Below, one piece after another: positions 1-13,693 of a stretch of 64,000 nucleotides of DNA (the stretch's first letter is position 1; each line of letters opens with the position of its first letter). The notes under the pieces were generated by a model, which did not search any database, was not told the origin of the DNA, and was given only the letters and a program-made list of their open reading frames with translations. The stretch spans positions 62,684,001 to 62,748,000 of the forward strand of contig CM059432.1 of the NCBI GenBank assembly GCA_030390025.1. Reading direction: 5' to 3'. The translations under genes and the position numbers were made by a program. The stretch comes from Squalus acanthias (lineage: Eukaryota).

Positions 1-830
1 GTCAAAAGTACCAGACGTTTTTATTTTCCATTTTGGCTCCAATAGTTTCTACCTACTTGCCAGTATTTATTTATGGCTGCATCCCAAGTAATCATAGTTC
101 TTCTGTACAAATTGTTCAACACACAGATACAGTAGAAAGGTGTTGTCCATAAACAGCAACTGTAAAAGCAACTGGGAAATGCTTCTGGCCACATTGATGC
201 CTACATTGCCTTGAAATAGTAATTGAGGCCGCGCAGTATGTCAAAATTCTGGCAGTTTAAGGTGCTTTGCGGGGAGCTGCACCCACCAGAATTGTGTATC
301 AGAAATTTTGATGCATTATTTTCCAACCATTTGAAATTAATAGTAGGAAAGGGATGCCCAAATTTCCAATATGCAGTCCCAATGGGTGAGGCTCCCTTCC
401 CTGCCAGTAGTGCGAAGTTGGATTATTACTCCTTATTTATCACTGGCACACCCAACCTTTCCTTTCTAGGTCAATTGATACATTCACTGGAACCTGCCTT
501 CATGGAATTTATGATTCAAATTTGCGACTGATTTTCATAAAAAGTCTATGTTTTTATAGATTAAATAATGTCGTACATCTCAGAGTGCAAATGATCTGAT
601 AAAACACTCAATGGTTATTTTGGGGTAGGAATATGTAATGATATAGTAAATACATTTGAGAAGTTCTCCTCTGTTCAGTATTTCCAGTAAAATCGTAAAT
701 GTGTTTTTTAAAAGGATGTGTCTTATGATTTTACTAGAAATAGCAAACAGAAAAATCCTCATGAACACATTTGCAATATAATTATGGACAGCATTCAGAG
801 AAATTTATACCCATATTTGTAAAATCTTTA

Positions 831-2137
831 GTCCCGAATTTAAAACCTCGCACATGAGAGGAAAAGGACGTGTGTGGGGGTGGGGGGGGGGGAGGGGGTG
901 GGTGTTAAGATAGCGGCAGCGTGGTGCTCACTGCATTCGAGCTAACTTCGCATTGCTCACCATTTTAACTGGCATGCTATGGGCAACATGTCAGGCCCTC
1001 GCCCCAGACAGGCTTAGGGCAGTGATAAAAACAGAAAGTGCTGGAAACACTCAGCAGGTCAGGCAGCATCGAGGAGAGAGAAACAGAGTCAAGGTTTCGG
1101 GTCGAACCATGTTGGGTGCTCCCCCCTCGGTCTTTTTCCTCTCTTTTGTTATGTGTACTGCAGTAAGACAGGGTGAGAGTTAATGAGTGTCTGTTGAGAA
1201 GGTCAGTGGAGATGTGTGGGGCTTGTGCATATAGTAGATGTGATGAGAGGTGTAGAAGAAGCAAGGTGGATTGATGATGGGGAAGTGATGAATGTAAAGG
1301 AAATGTGTATAATGTGAAGTGAGTTAAGAGTGGTGCGAGGAGTTGGTGGTTGTGTGAGTGAGAAGTAAATGGAGCTAGTGTGTGGTATGAGGAGAGGAAA
1401 GGAAGAGGTGAACGTGCTTGTAATGAGGAAGAGAGGTGTTGAAGTGTGCCCTTGTGATAGCATGTCGAAGGGTGTGATGGAGTGGAAGAAATTGTTGAGA
1501 CTGGTGGGGGAAGGGGTGAAAGAAGTGTTTGAAGTGCTGCTGAGAGAGGTGGAGAGATGAAGAGGTGTATTCACCCTTGCTGCTCTCATGAGTCCATTAC
1601 ATTTCTTTCAGCATTGCAGCTATGTGTTGGAGGTAATGCTGGTGGCATTGACCCTGTCCGTGACCTCTGTCCAGGCTTGGATCACTGTTTCTCTTGGGAC
1701 CCTCCTGCAAAGAGGAGGACCTCCCGCCTTGCCCTCATTCTCCTCAATTAAAACCTCTTGGGAGACATCTGCAAATTGGAGTGGGGGGCATCTCTTCTGC
1801 TCAGCTCTCTCGCTGTCTTTCTGTCAGGTGCTGCAGTTTAGGGAAAGGCTTGCTCCAGACCAGTCAAATTACGTTGCCCAGCAGAAACTGAAAGCGAGGA
1901 TGTAACCTCGCTTTAAGAGGTGCGTCCCCGCTTTAAATACTATTCAAAAAGTGGAGCCGTAAGTAGCGTGCGAGAGTCTGGCAGGCTGCCCGATTTATGC
2001 CTGGATTGTGAGGCAGCCTGCCATGCATATTTAAATGTGACTCAGGAGTTAAAATGGCCCAAGCCTCATGTTGGCGAGCGGGCGATTGTCGAGCTCGCCC
2101 TGCCAGCTCCACACTCGCTCAGAATTAAAATTGTAGC
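831..2137. mobile_element. Old Harbinger derivative with Myb-like exon 1 pseudogene on -
   Basis: Minus strand about 1570-1790 reads FADVSQEVLIEE...AWTEVTDRVNATSITSNT*LQC*KKCNGLMRAARV; weak TIR-like ends gtcccgaattttaa / ttaaaattgtagc. Confidence 0.6.
1027..1108 (-). repeat. Penelope terminal-repeat fragment
   Basis: aaaacagaaagtgctggaaacactcagcaggtcaggcagcatc...gagagaaacagag matches 30811-30880. Confidence 0.75.
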
Positions 2138-2152
2138 TTTTGATTGGGGCCA

Positions 2153-3352
2153 ATCATAGAATCATAGAAATTTACAGCACAGAATGAGGCCATTTCGGCC
2201 CATCGTGTCCACGCCAGCCGACAAAGAGCTATCCAGCTTAATCCCGCTTTCTAGTTCTTGGTCCGTAGCCCTGTAGGTTACGGCACTTCAAGTGCACATT
2301 CAAGCACTTTTTAAATGTGGTGAGGGTTTCTGCCTCTACCACCCTTTCAGGCAGTGAGTTCCAGACCCCCACCACCCTCTGGGTGAAGAAATTTCCCCTC
2401 AAATCCCCTCTAAACCTCCTACCAATTACTTTAAATCTATGCCCCCGGGTTGATGACCCCTCTGCTAAGGGAAATAGGTCCTCCCTATCCACTCTATCTA
2501 GGCCCCCCATAATTTTATACACCTCAATAAGGTCTCCCCACAGTCTCCTCTGTTCCAAAGAAAACAGCCCCAGCCTATCCAGTCTTTCCTCATAGCTAAA
2601 ATTCTCCAGTCCTGGCAACATCCTCGTAAATCTCCTCTGTACCCTCTCTAGTGCAATCACATCTTTCCTGTAATGTGGTGACCAGAACTGCACGCAGTAC
2701 TCTAGCTGTGGCCTAACTAGTGTTTTATACAGTTCAAACATAACCTCCCTGCTCTTGTATTCTATGCCTTGGCTAATAAAGGCAAGTATTCCGTATGCCT
2801 TCTGAACCACCTTATCTACTTGGCCTACTACCTACAGGGATCTGTGGACCTGCACTCCAAGGTCCCTTTGTTCCTCTATACTTCTTAGTGTCCTACCATT
2901 TAATGTGTATTCCCTTTCCTTGTTAGCCCTTCCCAAATGCATTACCTCACACTTCTCTGGATTGAATTCCATTTGCCACTGTTCTGCCCACCTGACCAGT
3001 TCATTGATATCTTCCTGCAGTCTACAGCTTTCTTCTTCATTATCAACCACACAGCCGATTTTAGTATCATCTGCAAACATCTTAATCATACCCCCTACAT
3101 TCAAGTCTAAATCATCGATATATACCACAAAAAGCAAGGGACCTAGTACTGAGCCCTGCATAACCCCACTGGAAACAGCCTTCCAGTCACAAAAACACCC
3201 ATCAACCATTACCCTTTGTTTCCTGCCTCTGAGCCAATTTTGGATCCAACTTGCCACTTTGCCCTGGATCCCATGGGCTTTCACTTTCGTGACCAGTCTG
3301 CCACATGGGAACTTATCAATAGCCTTGCTGAAATCCATATACACTACATCAA
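2153..3352 (-). mobile_element. CR1 LINE 3' fragment
   Basis: ORFs 2238..2810 and 2832..3416 carry RT and C-terminal CR1 motifs; (attctatg)n tail. Confidence 0.92.
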
Positions 3353-5878
3353 ACGAGGTGAGGTGAGAGTCACTGCCATTGACATCAAGGCAGCATTTGA
3401 CCGAGTGTGGCATCAAGGAGCCCTAGTAAAACAGAAGTCAATGGGAATCGGGGGAAAACTCTCCACTGGCTGGAGTTATACATAGAAACATAGAAACATA
3501 GAAGATAGGAGCAGGAGTAGGCCATTCGGCCCCTCGAGCCTGCTCCGCCATTCGATGAGATCATGGCTGATCATCCAAACTCAGTACCCTGTCCCTGCCT
3601 TCTCCCCATATCCCTTGATACCTTTAGCTTTAAGAAATATATCTAACTCATTCTTGAATATATTTAATGACTTGGCCTCAACTACCTTCTGTGGTAGAGA
3701 ATTCCACAGGATCACCACTCTCTGGGTGAAGAAATTCTTCCTCATTTCTGTCCTAAATGGCTTACCCGTTATCCTTAGGCTATGAACCCTGGTTCTGGAC
3801 TCTCCGACCATCGGGAACATTCTTCCTGCATCTAGTTTGTCCAGACCTGTCAGAGTTTTATATGTTTCGATGAGATCCCCTCTCATTCTTCTATACTCCA
3901 GCGAGTATAAGCCCAATCGACCCAATCTCTCCTCATATGTCATTCCTGCCATCCCAGGTATCAGCCTTGTGAATCTTCGCTGAACTCCTTCCATGGCAAG
4001 AACATCCTTCCTCAGATAAGGCGACCAAAACTGCACACAATACTCAAGGTGTGGTCTCACCAAGGCCCTGTACAACTGCAGCAGGACATCCCTGTTCCTA
4101 TACTCAAACCCTTTCGCTATGAAGGCCAACATACCATTTGCCTTCTTCACCGCCTGCTGCACCTGCATGCTTACTTTCAGCGACTGGTGCACAAGGACAC
4201 CCAGGTCTCGTTGCACTTCCCCTTCTCCCAATCTATTGCCATTCAGATAATAATCTGCCTTTCTGTTTTTGACACCAAAGTGGATAACCTCGCATTTATC
4301 CACGTTATATTGCATCTGCCACGCTTCTGCCCACTCACCCAACCTGTCCAAATCATCCTGGAGTTTCTCGGTATCCTCCTCGCAGCACACACTCCCACCC
4401 AGCTTTGTGTCATCTGCAAACTTGGAGATATTACATTTAGTTCCCTTATCTAGATCATTAATGTATATTGTGAATAGCTGGGGTCCAAGGACCGATCCCT
4501 GCGGTACCCCACTAGTCACTGCTTGCCACTCGGAAAAAGACCCATTAATTCCTACTCTCTGCTTTCTGTCCGCCAAACAGTTCTCTATCCAAGTCAATAC
4601 CTTGCCCCCAATCCCATGTGCCTTAACTTTACACGCTAATCTCTTATGCGGGACCTTATCGAAAGCCTTTTGAAAGTCCAAATACACCACATCCACTGGT
4701 TCTCCCTTATCTATTCTACCAGTTACATCCTCAAAAAATTCCAGTAGATTAGTCAAGCATGATTTACCTTTTGTAAATCCATGTTGACTTTGTCCGATCC
4801 TGTCACTGTTTTTACCTAGCACAAAGGAAGATGGTTGTGGTGGTTGAAGGTCAATCATCACAGCCCCAGGACATCGCTGCAGGAGTTCCTCAGGGTAGTG
4901 TCCTAGGCCCAACCATCTTCAGCTGCTTCATCAATAACCTTCCCTCCAACATAAGGTCAGAAATGGGAATGTTCGCTGATGACTGCAGTGTTCAGTGCCA
5001 TTCACAACTTCTCAGATAATGAAGCAGTCCATGCCCGCATGCATCAAGACCTGGACGACGTTCAGGCTTGGGCTGATAAGTGGCAGATAACATTTGCACC
5101 ACAGAAGTGCCAGGCAATGACTATCTCCAACAAGCGAGAGTCTAACCACCTCCCCTTGATATTCAACGGTATTACCATTGCCGAATCCCCCACCATCAAC
5201 ATCCTGGGGGTCACCATTGACCAGAAACTTAACTGGACCAGCCACATAAATACTGTGGCAACAAGAGCAGGTCAGAGGCTAGGTATTCTGTGGCAAGTGT
5301 CTCACCTCCTGACTCCCCAAAGCCTTTCCACCATCTACAAAGCACAAGTAAGGAGTGTAATGGAATATTCTCCACTTGCCTGGATGAGTGCAGCTCCAAC
5401 AACACTCAAGAAGCTCGACACCATCCAGGACAAAGCAGCCCATTTGATTGGCACCCCATCCACCACCTTAAACATTCACTCCCTCCACCACCGGCGTACC
5501 GTGGCTGCAGTGTGTACCATCTACAAGATGCACTGCAGCAACTCGCCAAGGCTTCTTCGGCAGCACCTCCCAAACCCGCGACCTCTACCACCTAGAAGGA
5601 GCAGGGCAGCAGGCGCATGGGAACACCACCACCTCCAAGTTCCCCACCAAGTCACACACCATCCTCACTTAGAAGTATGTCGCCGATCCTTCATCGTCGC
5701 TGGGTCAAAATCCTGGAACTCCCTACCTAACAGCACTGTGGGCGTACCTTCACCACAGGGACTGCAGCGGTTCAAGAAGTTGGCTCACCACCACCACCTT
5801 CTCAGGGCAATTAGGGATGGGCAATAAATGCCGGCCTTGCCAGCAATGCCCACATCCCAAGAACGAATTAAAAAAAAG
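3353..5878 (+). mobile_element. Distinct CR1-group LINE (clade uncertain), 5'-truncated, split by the CR1 at 3482-4813
   Basis: AIDIKAAFDRVWH before the insertion; [23 protein letters not shown] and ORF 4979..5827 after it; ends in an A-rich tail. Confidence 0.85.
3482..4813 (-). mobile_element. Young CR1 LINE 3' fragment, same subfamily as 55264-57545
   Basis: Open RT frame (ORF 3581..4912) closely matching the 55264 copy; same tail. Confidence 0.95.
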
Positions 5879-8277
5879 TTGTCAACAGGAGGCATTTTAT
5901 TCCTATGGTTATTATACTAGAAATTCAGTGATTGTGATGAGACAGAATACCAGGAGGAATTTTATCTTCCAGGAGGGAAGCTCAGGCCGTCCTAACATCC
6001 CACTGGCTAGCTGCCTGCCCGACACGGGCGTCCAGAGGTGTCTTGCTAGCTTTGGCCCTACAAAGATCGAGCAGCCCGAAGGCCACCAGGCCGGAGGTGA
6101 GGTACGTTGCGGGATGATTCAGGAGAGTTTCGCAAGCAGGAAGGAGGGGAGCCCAGGGCAGCAGCAGCCCAAACTTTCATTGTGGGGTGCAGAAGAGCAC
6201 AGGGTGGCGGGGTGGGGGGGGGGCTACCAATATTTGAATGTACAACTCAGACTAAATGGTGAAACCCACAACAGTATTGGAGGCTTCAACTAATTATGTT
6301 GCTGTATCTTACAGCTGGAGAGAATGCTTAACCTAATTGGAATAAAAATTGTTCAAACCTTAATACAACTCGAGACAAACCACCAAGACTTACTTCACTA
6401 GACAGTTCTCAGTCATCCATAAATAAGCAGTAGGAAAACATCCTAATTTCTTCAACTATGTCCTACAATTAGACCAAACCAGTCAGTGAGTAAACTATTA
6501 AATGCCTCCCATAACGAAAGCCAGTAATGTAAAAGAAGCAAGTTTGCCATTTATCACTATAGGTAAAATAACACCACTGCAGCAAAGTTATGGCTGAGCT
6601 TATTTATTCAAAACTCAATGGTCCATCATGATAAAAGAAATCAGTTTACAGTAAGGCTAATTTAACATGAATACCATCCAGAGTAAATTGCTTTCAGTCC
6701 AGACAGTGGATAAACAAGGTTCACCACATATTTCTTCCTGAATGCCTCTTTTGTTACTGGTGTGCATTAACAATGCAGAAGTGTAGGACTATGTTTGTTT
6801 TTAGTAAGAAGAAATAGTTCTGAATGCTTATTTTAATTTGTTAAAAGGGCAATGTTGTTCAATATTTTGTAAGCTATTTTTACAAGGTTAACAAAACACC
6901 GCGCATGTAATCATAGACTGTAAGGGAGGGTCATGGCATATTAAAAACTGAGTATGTGTGTGTGGATACACCTACAGACTATGTATTGTGGTATAGCCCT
7001 GTTGCAAATAACCCACATAAAAGAAAGATGAAATTTCACTTTTTGGGATGGGTGGGTTTGACAGATTGTGGCATGAAACAGTAAATTTTATGAGGCTCTG
7101 ATCTTAAGACAGAGCCTCGCTCGATGAGAATGCACACTGGAGAATTTTGTGAGGAGGCCAGCACCAAATTCTTGGTGCTTCAGATTTTCCAAGCATTAAA
7201 ATGAATCACGAGAAAATCGGGAGCGCTGCAAATCGGGCTTATTGACCTCTTGACTTGATTCTCTGATCTGCACTCTAATTGAATGAGGGCCTATACCAGG
7301 AGTGGAGCCTTGCAAAATATACTCCTTGAAAGTCATTAAAGGCGCTATATAAATACAAGTTGTTGTTGTTGAAAGTCGAACTTGCATCCTGTTTGAGTTC
7401 AGATTCAGAGTAGGAATCCCGACTGAAGCATCCTGACATCCACTGATTCATGAAACTGGTTTATTTATATTGTGGGACTGGTTTCGCAAACAATGGGGGG
7501 AAAAAAATGCTACGGTAGCACAGAAACATGGTGGCTCTATTAAAGCTCCTCTTAGCCTTTTCTGCTCCACCAACACTCCATTCTTTCATATTCCCACAGA
7601 AATCAAGACATAATACTCATTCTCCCCCACACGATATTGCTTCAAAGTTGCGATAATCCAGCATTACAAAGTTTCTTTCTTGACACTGATGTTTCCAAGT
7701 CAGTTTTAAAATAATCAAAACTTCATTCCAGTGAATAATTCAGCAGGTGTCATACCGGTAACAGGGTGAGGTGTTGTACGATAATTAAAAGGAAATACAG
7801 CTACTTTCTGATGCATGGTGCTAGGATCTTATAACACCTTCTTTAGAGACATTTTGAATGTACGTACAGCCCTTTCAATTTTCCCATTGGACTGCAGGTG
7901 TCTGAGTGGCGAAGTAATATGAGATACACTGTTCTTATTCAAAAATTGAGGAAAAATCGTAAACACCTATTGATCACATTGGAACCGCTTTCAGAATCTA
8001 AAATAAGTAAAGATTTCCATGTCTTCAGCTCAACAATTTCAACATGAATATGCAGCCCTGGTTTTGTTGGCCATTGCCAAGTACCAGCTTCATCAGTGTC
8101 TACAGGTAAGTTGATCTGACAGGCTTGACACTCATGTACAGCATCTTCTATGTTGCGATCTAGGGAAGGCCACCACACCTGCATTCTAGCCAATCCTTTC
8201 ATTCTTACTATACCAGGATGAACAGCATGTATTTCCTGGATCATACGCTTTCAGAATTTAGTTGAAATAACAACATA

Positions 8278-10057
8278 GGCCAGAATTTTCCGAGGTGGTA
8301 GCGGGCGCGATCGGTGGCAGGTCGGGTGGGAAAGTTGTTATTTTTGACAACGGGTCGAGAACCCGCTGTCATCTCACTCCCACGTGCCTTTCCCCTAAGC
8401 GTGTCTGTCATCGCAGAGCTGACCCGACCGGCAGCGACGGGTGACCCAATTGAAATCATTATCAGGTTTACAGGCACTTAAGAGCCTTTTTTCACTTACT
8501 TTTTAAATTTCCCTGCATGGCCACGGGATTCACGCGGCTCGGGAAACACATCTGTCAACCTGAGGCGGGAGTTCTGTGGCCATTGCTCCAGCTGATTACT
8601 TGACAGCATGAAATGTACAGTAAAAGCTCCCACCTGACATCACTTTCCTCAGGCAGAAGCTGTTGCTCAGTCCATTTCCAGCACAGATTCTGCAGGCTGC
8701 AAGTCTTTCCAGCAAAGTCTCCATCCAGTGTCACCTCATTGGAAGAACTCTCTCACCACTGACAGAATGCTTCTGTCATCTGTACTCCACCTGCCATCTA
8801 TTCCATCAACATGGGTGCCATTTATACTGTCTCACCTTGGTCCTCAGAATCGGACCACGATCAGCCCCAACACCAGCAGCACCAGGCACACCAGCAGCAC
8901 CAACAACACCAACCTTCTCCACAATCAACTGTTGCTGCACAGGACAGAGGGCATCAGCACCCGAGCACATTGCTGCCCGGGAGGCCAGGGATGGCCTCAT
9001 CATGGCCAGATTTAGTTAACTTTACGCTGTACACCCTGGCTGCCACATGATGCGCCAGGTTGGCACCACCCCACACTAACACCATAAAGCATCCCTACAA
9101 TGACCAAGCCATTCCTTTCACACTCATCACCATTGGGGGGGGGCTACCGTTATGTCTCACCATTCACTGCAACTCACTAAGCCACTTCCAAAGGTGCACA
9201 TAAATCTGTCCAAGACCGGAAAGTGTTGAAAATAAAGATTTTTATGTTTGATACCACATTAACAGAAACTTTACATAAACATTAGTTAAAACACCCAAGT
9301 GGCTACCCTTGTGTGTTGTTAGTTGGTATGATTGCACTAGGATGAGGGTGAATGTGAGGGGTGGCTAGTGAGATGGGGATGTGATAATGTAGATAGAGAG
9401 AGAGGGATGTGTAGAGGTGCAAGGTATGTTGGTGTGAGTAAGGATGTGCAGGAGTAGGGTAGGGAAGGCAGAGTGATGAGAATGTGATGAGAGGCACAGC
9501 AGGATTAGGTTGAGTGTGACTTTGCGAACGTTTCCTGATCTAATGAGATCATTGAAACGTTTGCAGCACTGCACCCAGGTCCTCCTGACCACATTCCTGC
9601 TTGTGACCTCTGCAATCTGCAACCAGGCTGTGTTGATCTCCTGGGGGGGTCTCTTCCGCCCATCGGAAGGGAAGAGGACCTCCCTGCGTGCTATGACTCC
9701 CTCCATAAGCATATGGAGGGAGTCATCGGAGAACCTGGGTGCAGCCCTCTGCCTCTGTGCAGTCATTGTCAGTGTTTGCAGCACTCCAATGCTGTAATAC
9801 ACTGACAGCATTATGTTAGATTAAACTTCAAATCTAATGTGGCCATGGTCCCTTTAAAGATCTCGGCTGAAAACACGTCATGAATGATGTCACCAGACCC
9901 GCTCCATCTCATTGGGCTGGGTAATGTGCTAGGTGGGCTTAATAGACCCCATTAAGGTAAGTTCATTTTCAACAGCAGGATGGAGCCAGCAGCGGGGTCG
10001 TGACCTGACATGGCCACCGCCCACACTGGACCCGCTGAGATAAAGAAAATTCCGTCC
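8278..10057 (+). mobile_element. Non-autonomous Harbinger deletion derivative retaining Myb-like exon 1
   Basis: TIR-like ends GGCCAGAATTTTC / GGACGGAATTTTC with ATA TSD. Minus-strand Myb-like frame APRFSDDSL...WLQIA...RTWVQCCKRFNDL; on the plus strand a transposase start (MGAI) lies close to its end (AREARDGLIMARFS*). Confidence 0.85.
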
Positions 10058-10614
10058 ATAAAGTCCGCAAACCAAACCTCCATCTTTGATCGACATTTCA
10101 TCTCTATATCTGCCTTATAATTGTAGTTCTGCTGGCAAAACACCATCATTAGGCCACCCGTTCACCATGTACTCCATAACACGGGATAGTGCAAGGTCGC
10201 ATGCTGTAGCATTACTTATGTCATTGGTCGTGATGGAAAGTGAGTTCAGCTTCTCAGTAAACAATTTCTTGATGGTCAAATCAATACATGAACCTGATAT
10301 AGGAAACGGGACAAAAAATCTGAATTGGCATTCAATTTTGATGGTTATACTTGATGTCAAACTGATAAGCTGGTAAGTGAATAGCCCATCTTTGAATTTT
10401 CACTGAAGCTAAAACAAGTATTCCTCACTTTTCAGAGAATATGAAGGGTAAATGCTTATTTTCAGTATACTGAATGAAAGGACATCCAAATAGATATGTG
10501 AGAAGTTTCTTCATTCCAAATATAACTGCAAGGACTTTACATTTGATTTGTGAATAATTAGTCTCAGAGGCGTAACCCCGCTATTCAAGAAAGGAGGGAG
10601 AGAGAAAACAGCGA

Positions 10615-10748
10615 AACCACCGTCTGCCCCACCTGTGACAGAGACTGTAGGTCCCGCATTGGACTCATCAGTCACCTGAGAACTCATTTTTAGTGTGGAA
10701 GCAAGTCATCCTCGGTTCCGAGGGACTGCCTAAGAAGAAGAAGAAGAG
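10615..10748 (+). mobile_element. RTE-clade LINE 3' end
   Basis: C2H2-like tail CPTCDRDCRSRIGLISHLRTHF*, a short 3' UTR and an (AAG)n tail. Confidence 0.7.
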
Positions 10749-10964
10749 AAGATGTCTGCCTTATAATCATAGATCTGCTGGGAAAACACCATCATCAGGC
10801 CACCGGTTCACCATGTACTCCATAACACGGGATAGTTAGTGCAAGGTCGCATGCTGTAGCGTTACTTATGTCACTGGCCGTGATGGAAAGTGAGTTCAGC
10901 TTCTGAGTAAACAATTTCCTGATGGTCAAATCAATACATGAACCTGATATAGGAAATGGGACAG

Positions 10965-11900
10965 TTCAGCTCCCAGTGATGCAGCGACACAGAGTGTCCA
11001 CAGCGCCTGGTCTGCACTCAAGGCCTCCATAATCAGCACCTGTGAAGAGACGCTTGGTCACTTGACCAGGAAACACCAAGACTGGTTCGATGAGAATGAC
11101 CAGGAGATCCAGGAGCTAATAAGCTGCAAGTGCAAGGCATTCCTGATCTGGAAACAGCAACAGAATCGAGAGCAAGAAAGTAGCTCTACAGACGCCTGAA
11201 GGCTAAGGTCCAACAAAAAACTCACGACCTAAAGAACAGATGGTGGGTGGAGAAAGCGCAGGAGATCCAGCAGCTAGCCGACAACCACGACGTGCGTGGA
11301 TTCTTTAGCGCAGTCAAGACCGCCTACGGTCCAAGCACCCAAGGTCCTACCCCACTGCAGGCCAAGAACGGAGAGGTACTCATCAAGAACAGAGAGGCAG
11401 TCCGTGCCTGCTGGAAGGAGCACTTCGAAGATCTCTTTAGATCTTTTTAACCGAGACTCTGTCTTCGATGCGAGTGTCCTCAACTCCATCCCGCAGCATG
11501 CTACCCGCCACCATCTCAGCACAACCCCAGCCCGGCATGAGGTTGAAAGGCCATCCGACAACTGAAGAACAACAAGGCCTCAGGAGCAGATGGAATCCCT
11601 GCCGAGGCACTAAAGCATGGCGGAGAAGCAGTACTGGCACAAATTCATGAACTCATTTCTCTTATCTGGAAGGAGGAGAGCATGCCAGGGGATCTCAGAG
11701 ACGCCGTAATTGTGATCATCTTCAGGAAAGGTGACAAGTCTGATTGCGGTAATTACAGAGGAGTTTCCCTGCTGTCTGCCACAGGGAAAGTCATTGCAAG
11801 AATCCTCCTCAATCGCCTTCTCCCAGTGGCTGAAGAGCTCATCCCAGAGTTGCAATGTGGATTCCGCCCACTAAGAGGCACAATGGACATGATCTTCACC
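10965..11900 (+). mobile_element. RTE-clade LINE internal fragment
   Basis: HQDWFDEND, WKEHFEDL and MPGDLRDAVIVIIFRKGDKSDCGNYRGVSLLSATGKVIARILLNRL...QCGFRPLRGTMDMIF. Confidence 0.85.
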
Positions 11901-12206
11901 ACCAATTACAAGGATTTTGGTGAGAAATCATTGCAACTGATAAAATCAGCGGCAAATTAGGGTCATAATGTTCCAATAACAGTGCACTTGCTATTAAAGT
12001 CTTCAGCCACTCTGCAATAATGAGTGGCTTTGGGTTCAGATGTTCTTTGACCACTTGAACTAACTCCTCATACCTTTTGTCTTTAGGCTGGGCAGGAGCA
12101 ATCAGATTCTTAAGTAATATATGTGTTGCAGGTCCGCTGATAGTAAGCAAAAAGGCTCTCTTTTTGGCTTCTATTGCAAGTTCATTTGCCTCAGAATAAA
12201 GATTAA

Positions 12207-12870
12207 GGGGGGAAAATTGGCTCGCGCCCCTTTCGGGGCGATAACTTCTCGGAGCACTGCTTTTAGCACTCTGAAAAAGTTAGCGCCCTGAGCCCGAAAT
12301 TCAATGGTAGCGCCCCAAGCAGGAGGCGGGGCACGACTGGAAGCGCTCCCCCTCCCTCTTGGGGCGCTCCCATTGAATATCGCGGCGCTACATGCAGATT
12401 AAAGGGGAGGGGCCTAGCACAGTGCGCACCAGGACCCTGCTGGACCACCGGAGAGCGGGGTGCCGGCCAAAGAGCCCGGCACTCAAGAGGAGTGCCGGGC
12501 TGAGCGATTGCGGCTGGCACCCTGCAGGAGGAGTCTAGAGGGAGCAGGTGCTGGCAGGCGGCCTAAAAAAATGGCCGCCCGGCATCTTCCCTTTAATTAT
12601 CGCCGCCCCGGCTGCAAAAACGCCACCCTGAACCTGTCAGACATAGCGTCCGGTGGTAGGTCAGGGGGTGCGAGTGGGGCGCTGCGCACGGCGATGATGT
12701 CATCGCCGGAGGCGCAGCGCCGCGGAGCGCTACCAGCTTCCGCTGCCGTGAACCTCCTGCTGAATTTCACGGGAGGCGTTAGTGGCGCCGCACCCGGGCG
12801 CTAGTTGCTTTGCGCCCCGTTAGCGCCCCGAGGGACGCTAATGGGAGGCGCAAAGGAATCGAATTTTTCC
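12207..12870. mobile_element. Harbinger MITE of the same broad family
   Basis: Ends GGGGGGAAAATTGG ... GAATTTTTCC, TAA/CAA flanks, many TTAGCGCC/GGCGCTAA motifs, CpG-rich. Interrupts a Gypsy gag relic. Confidence 0.8.
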
Positions 12871-13231
12871 CAAGAATTTCTGCATACTCACTTTAGCTCA
12901 ACTATATTCGATACTCTGATTTTTCCAACTAATGGAAAAAAAAGTGACAAGGTAGACCACTACCTAATTAATAAAAATGTCCAATATTCCATCTTTTTAA
13001 CAATGCACTGTCCGTTATGCTTGTCATCAGTCTTGTGTCTGGATAAGCACTCAAATTGGCTAGGTTATAACTAGCTGCTTTTATTTCCAGACCCTCTAGA
13101 ATATTCTGTCAATGAATGATATAAGAATACAAGAGAAATGTAATTGGTACAAAGTGCTTACTCCCATCATGGTGGGAATCTAATGTTCAGTTAACAATAT
13201 TCAAGTGCTATACATATCATATACATTGTCA

Positions 13232-13693
13232 GCCAGTGGCTCAGTTGGTAGCACCCTTGCCTGAGTCAGAAGGTTGTGGGTTCAAGTCCCATTCCAGGGA
13301 CTTGTGCACAAAAATCTAGGCTGATACTCCAGTGCCGTATTGAGGGAGTGCTGCACTGTTGGAGGTACCGTCTTTCAGATGAGACGTTAAACCGAGGCCC
13401 CGTCTGCTCTCTCAGGTGCACGTAAAAGATCCTGTGGCACTATTTCGAAGAAGTGCAGGGGAGTTATCCCTGGTGTCCTAGCCAATATTTATCCCTCACT
13501 GAACATTACTAAAAAACAGATTATCTGGTCATTATCACATTGATGTGCTTGAGCTTGCTGTGCGCAAATTGGCTGCCGCGTTTCTTACATTACAACAGTG
13601 ACTATACTTCAAAAAGTACTTCATTGGATGTAAAGCACTTTGGGATGTCCAGTGATCATGAAAGGCGCTATATAAATGCAAGTCTTTCTTTTT
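13232..13693 (+). mobile_element. tRNA-derived Deu-domain SINE (SacSINE1-like) with L2-type tail
   Basis: A box TGGCTCAGTTGG, B box GGTTCAAGTCC, Deu core gatgagacgttaaaccgaggccccgtctgctctctcaggtg...aaagatcc, tail aaggcgctatataaatgcaagtctttcttt. Confidence 0.85.

Larger units (their letters stand above)
7650..12950 (-). mobile_element. Fragmented Gypsy/Ty3 LTR retrotransposon relic (gag, RNase H region, integrase)
   Basis: gag-like GPATHILLKNLIAPAQPKDKRYEELVQVVKEHLNPKP (11896-12150); LEHYDPNLPLILS; integrase HHCC region HAVHPGIVRMKGLARMQVWWPSLDRNIEDAVHECQAC (7939-8244); QSNGKIERAVRTFK at about 7855-7900. Interrupted by younger elements. Confidence 0.8.

Noticed and set aside
13232..13300. tRNA-like sequence with A and B boxes
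   Set aside because: SINE head continuing into the Deu domain, not a tRNA gene; the same applies to about 33370-33436 and 49040-49108.
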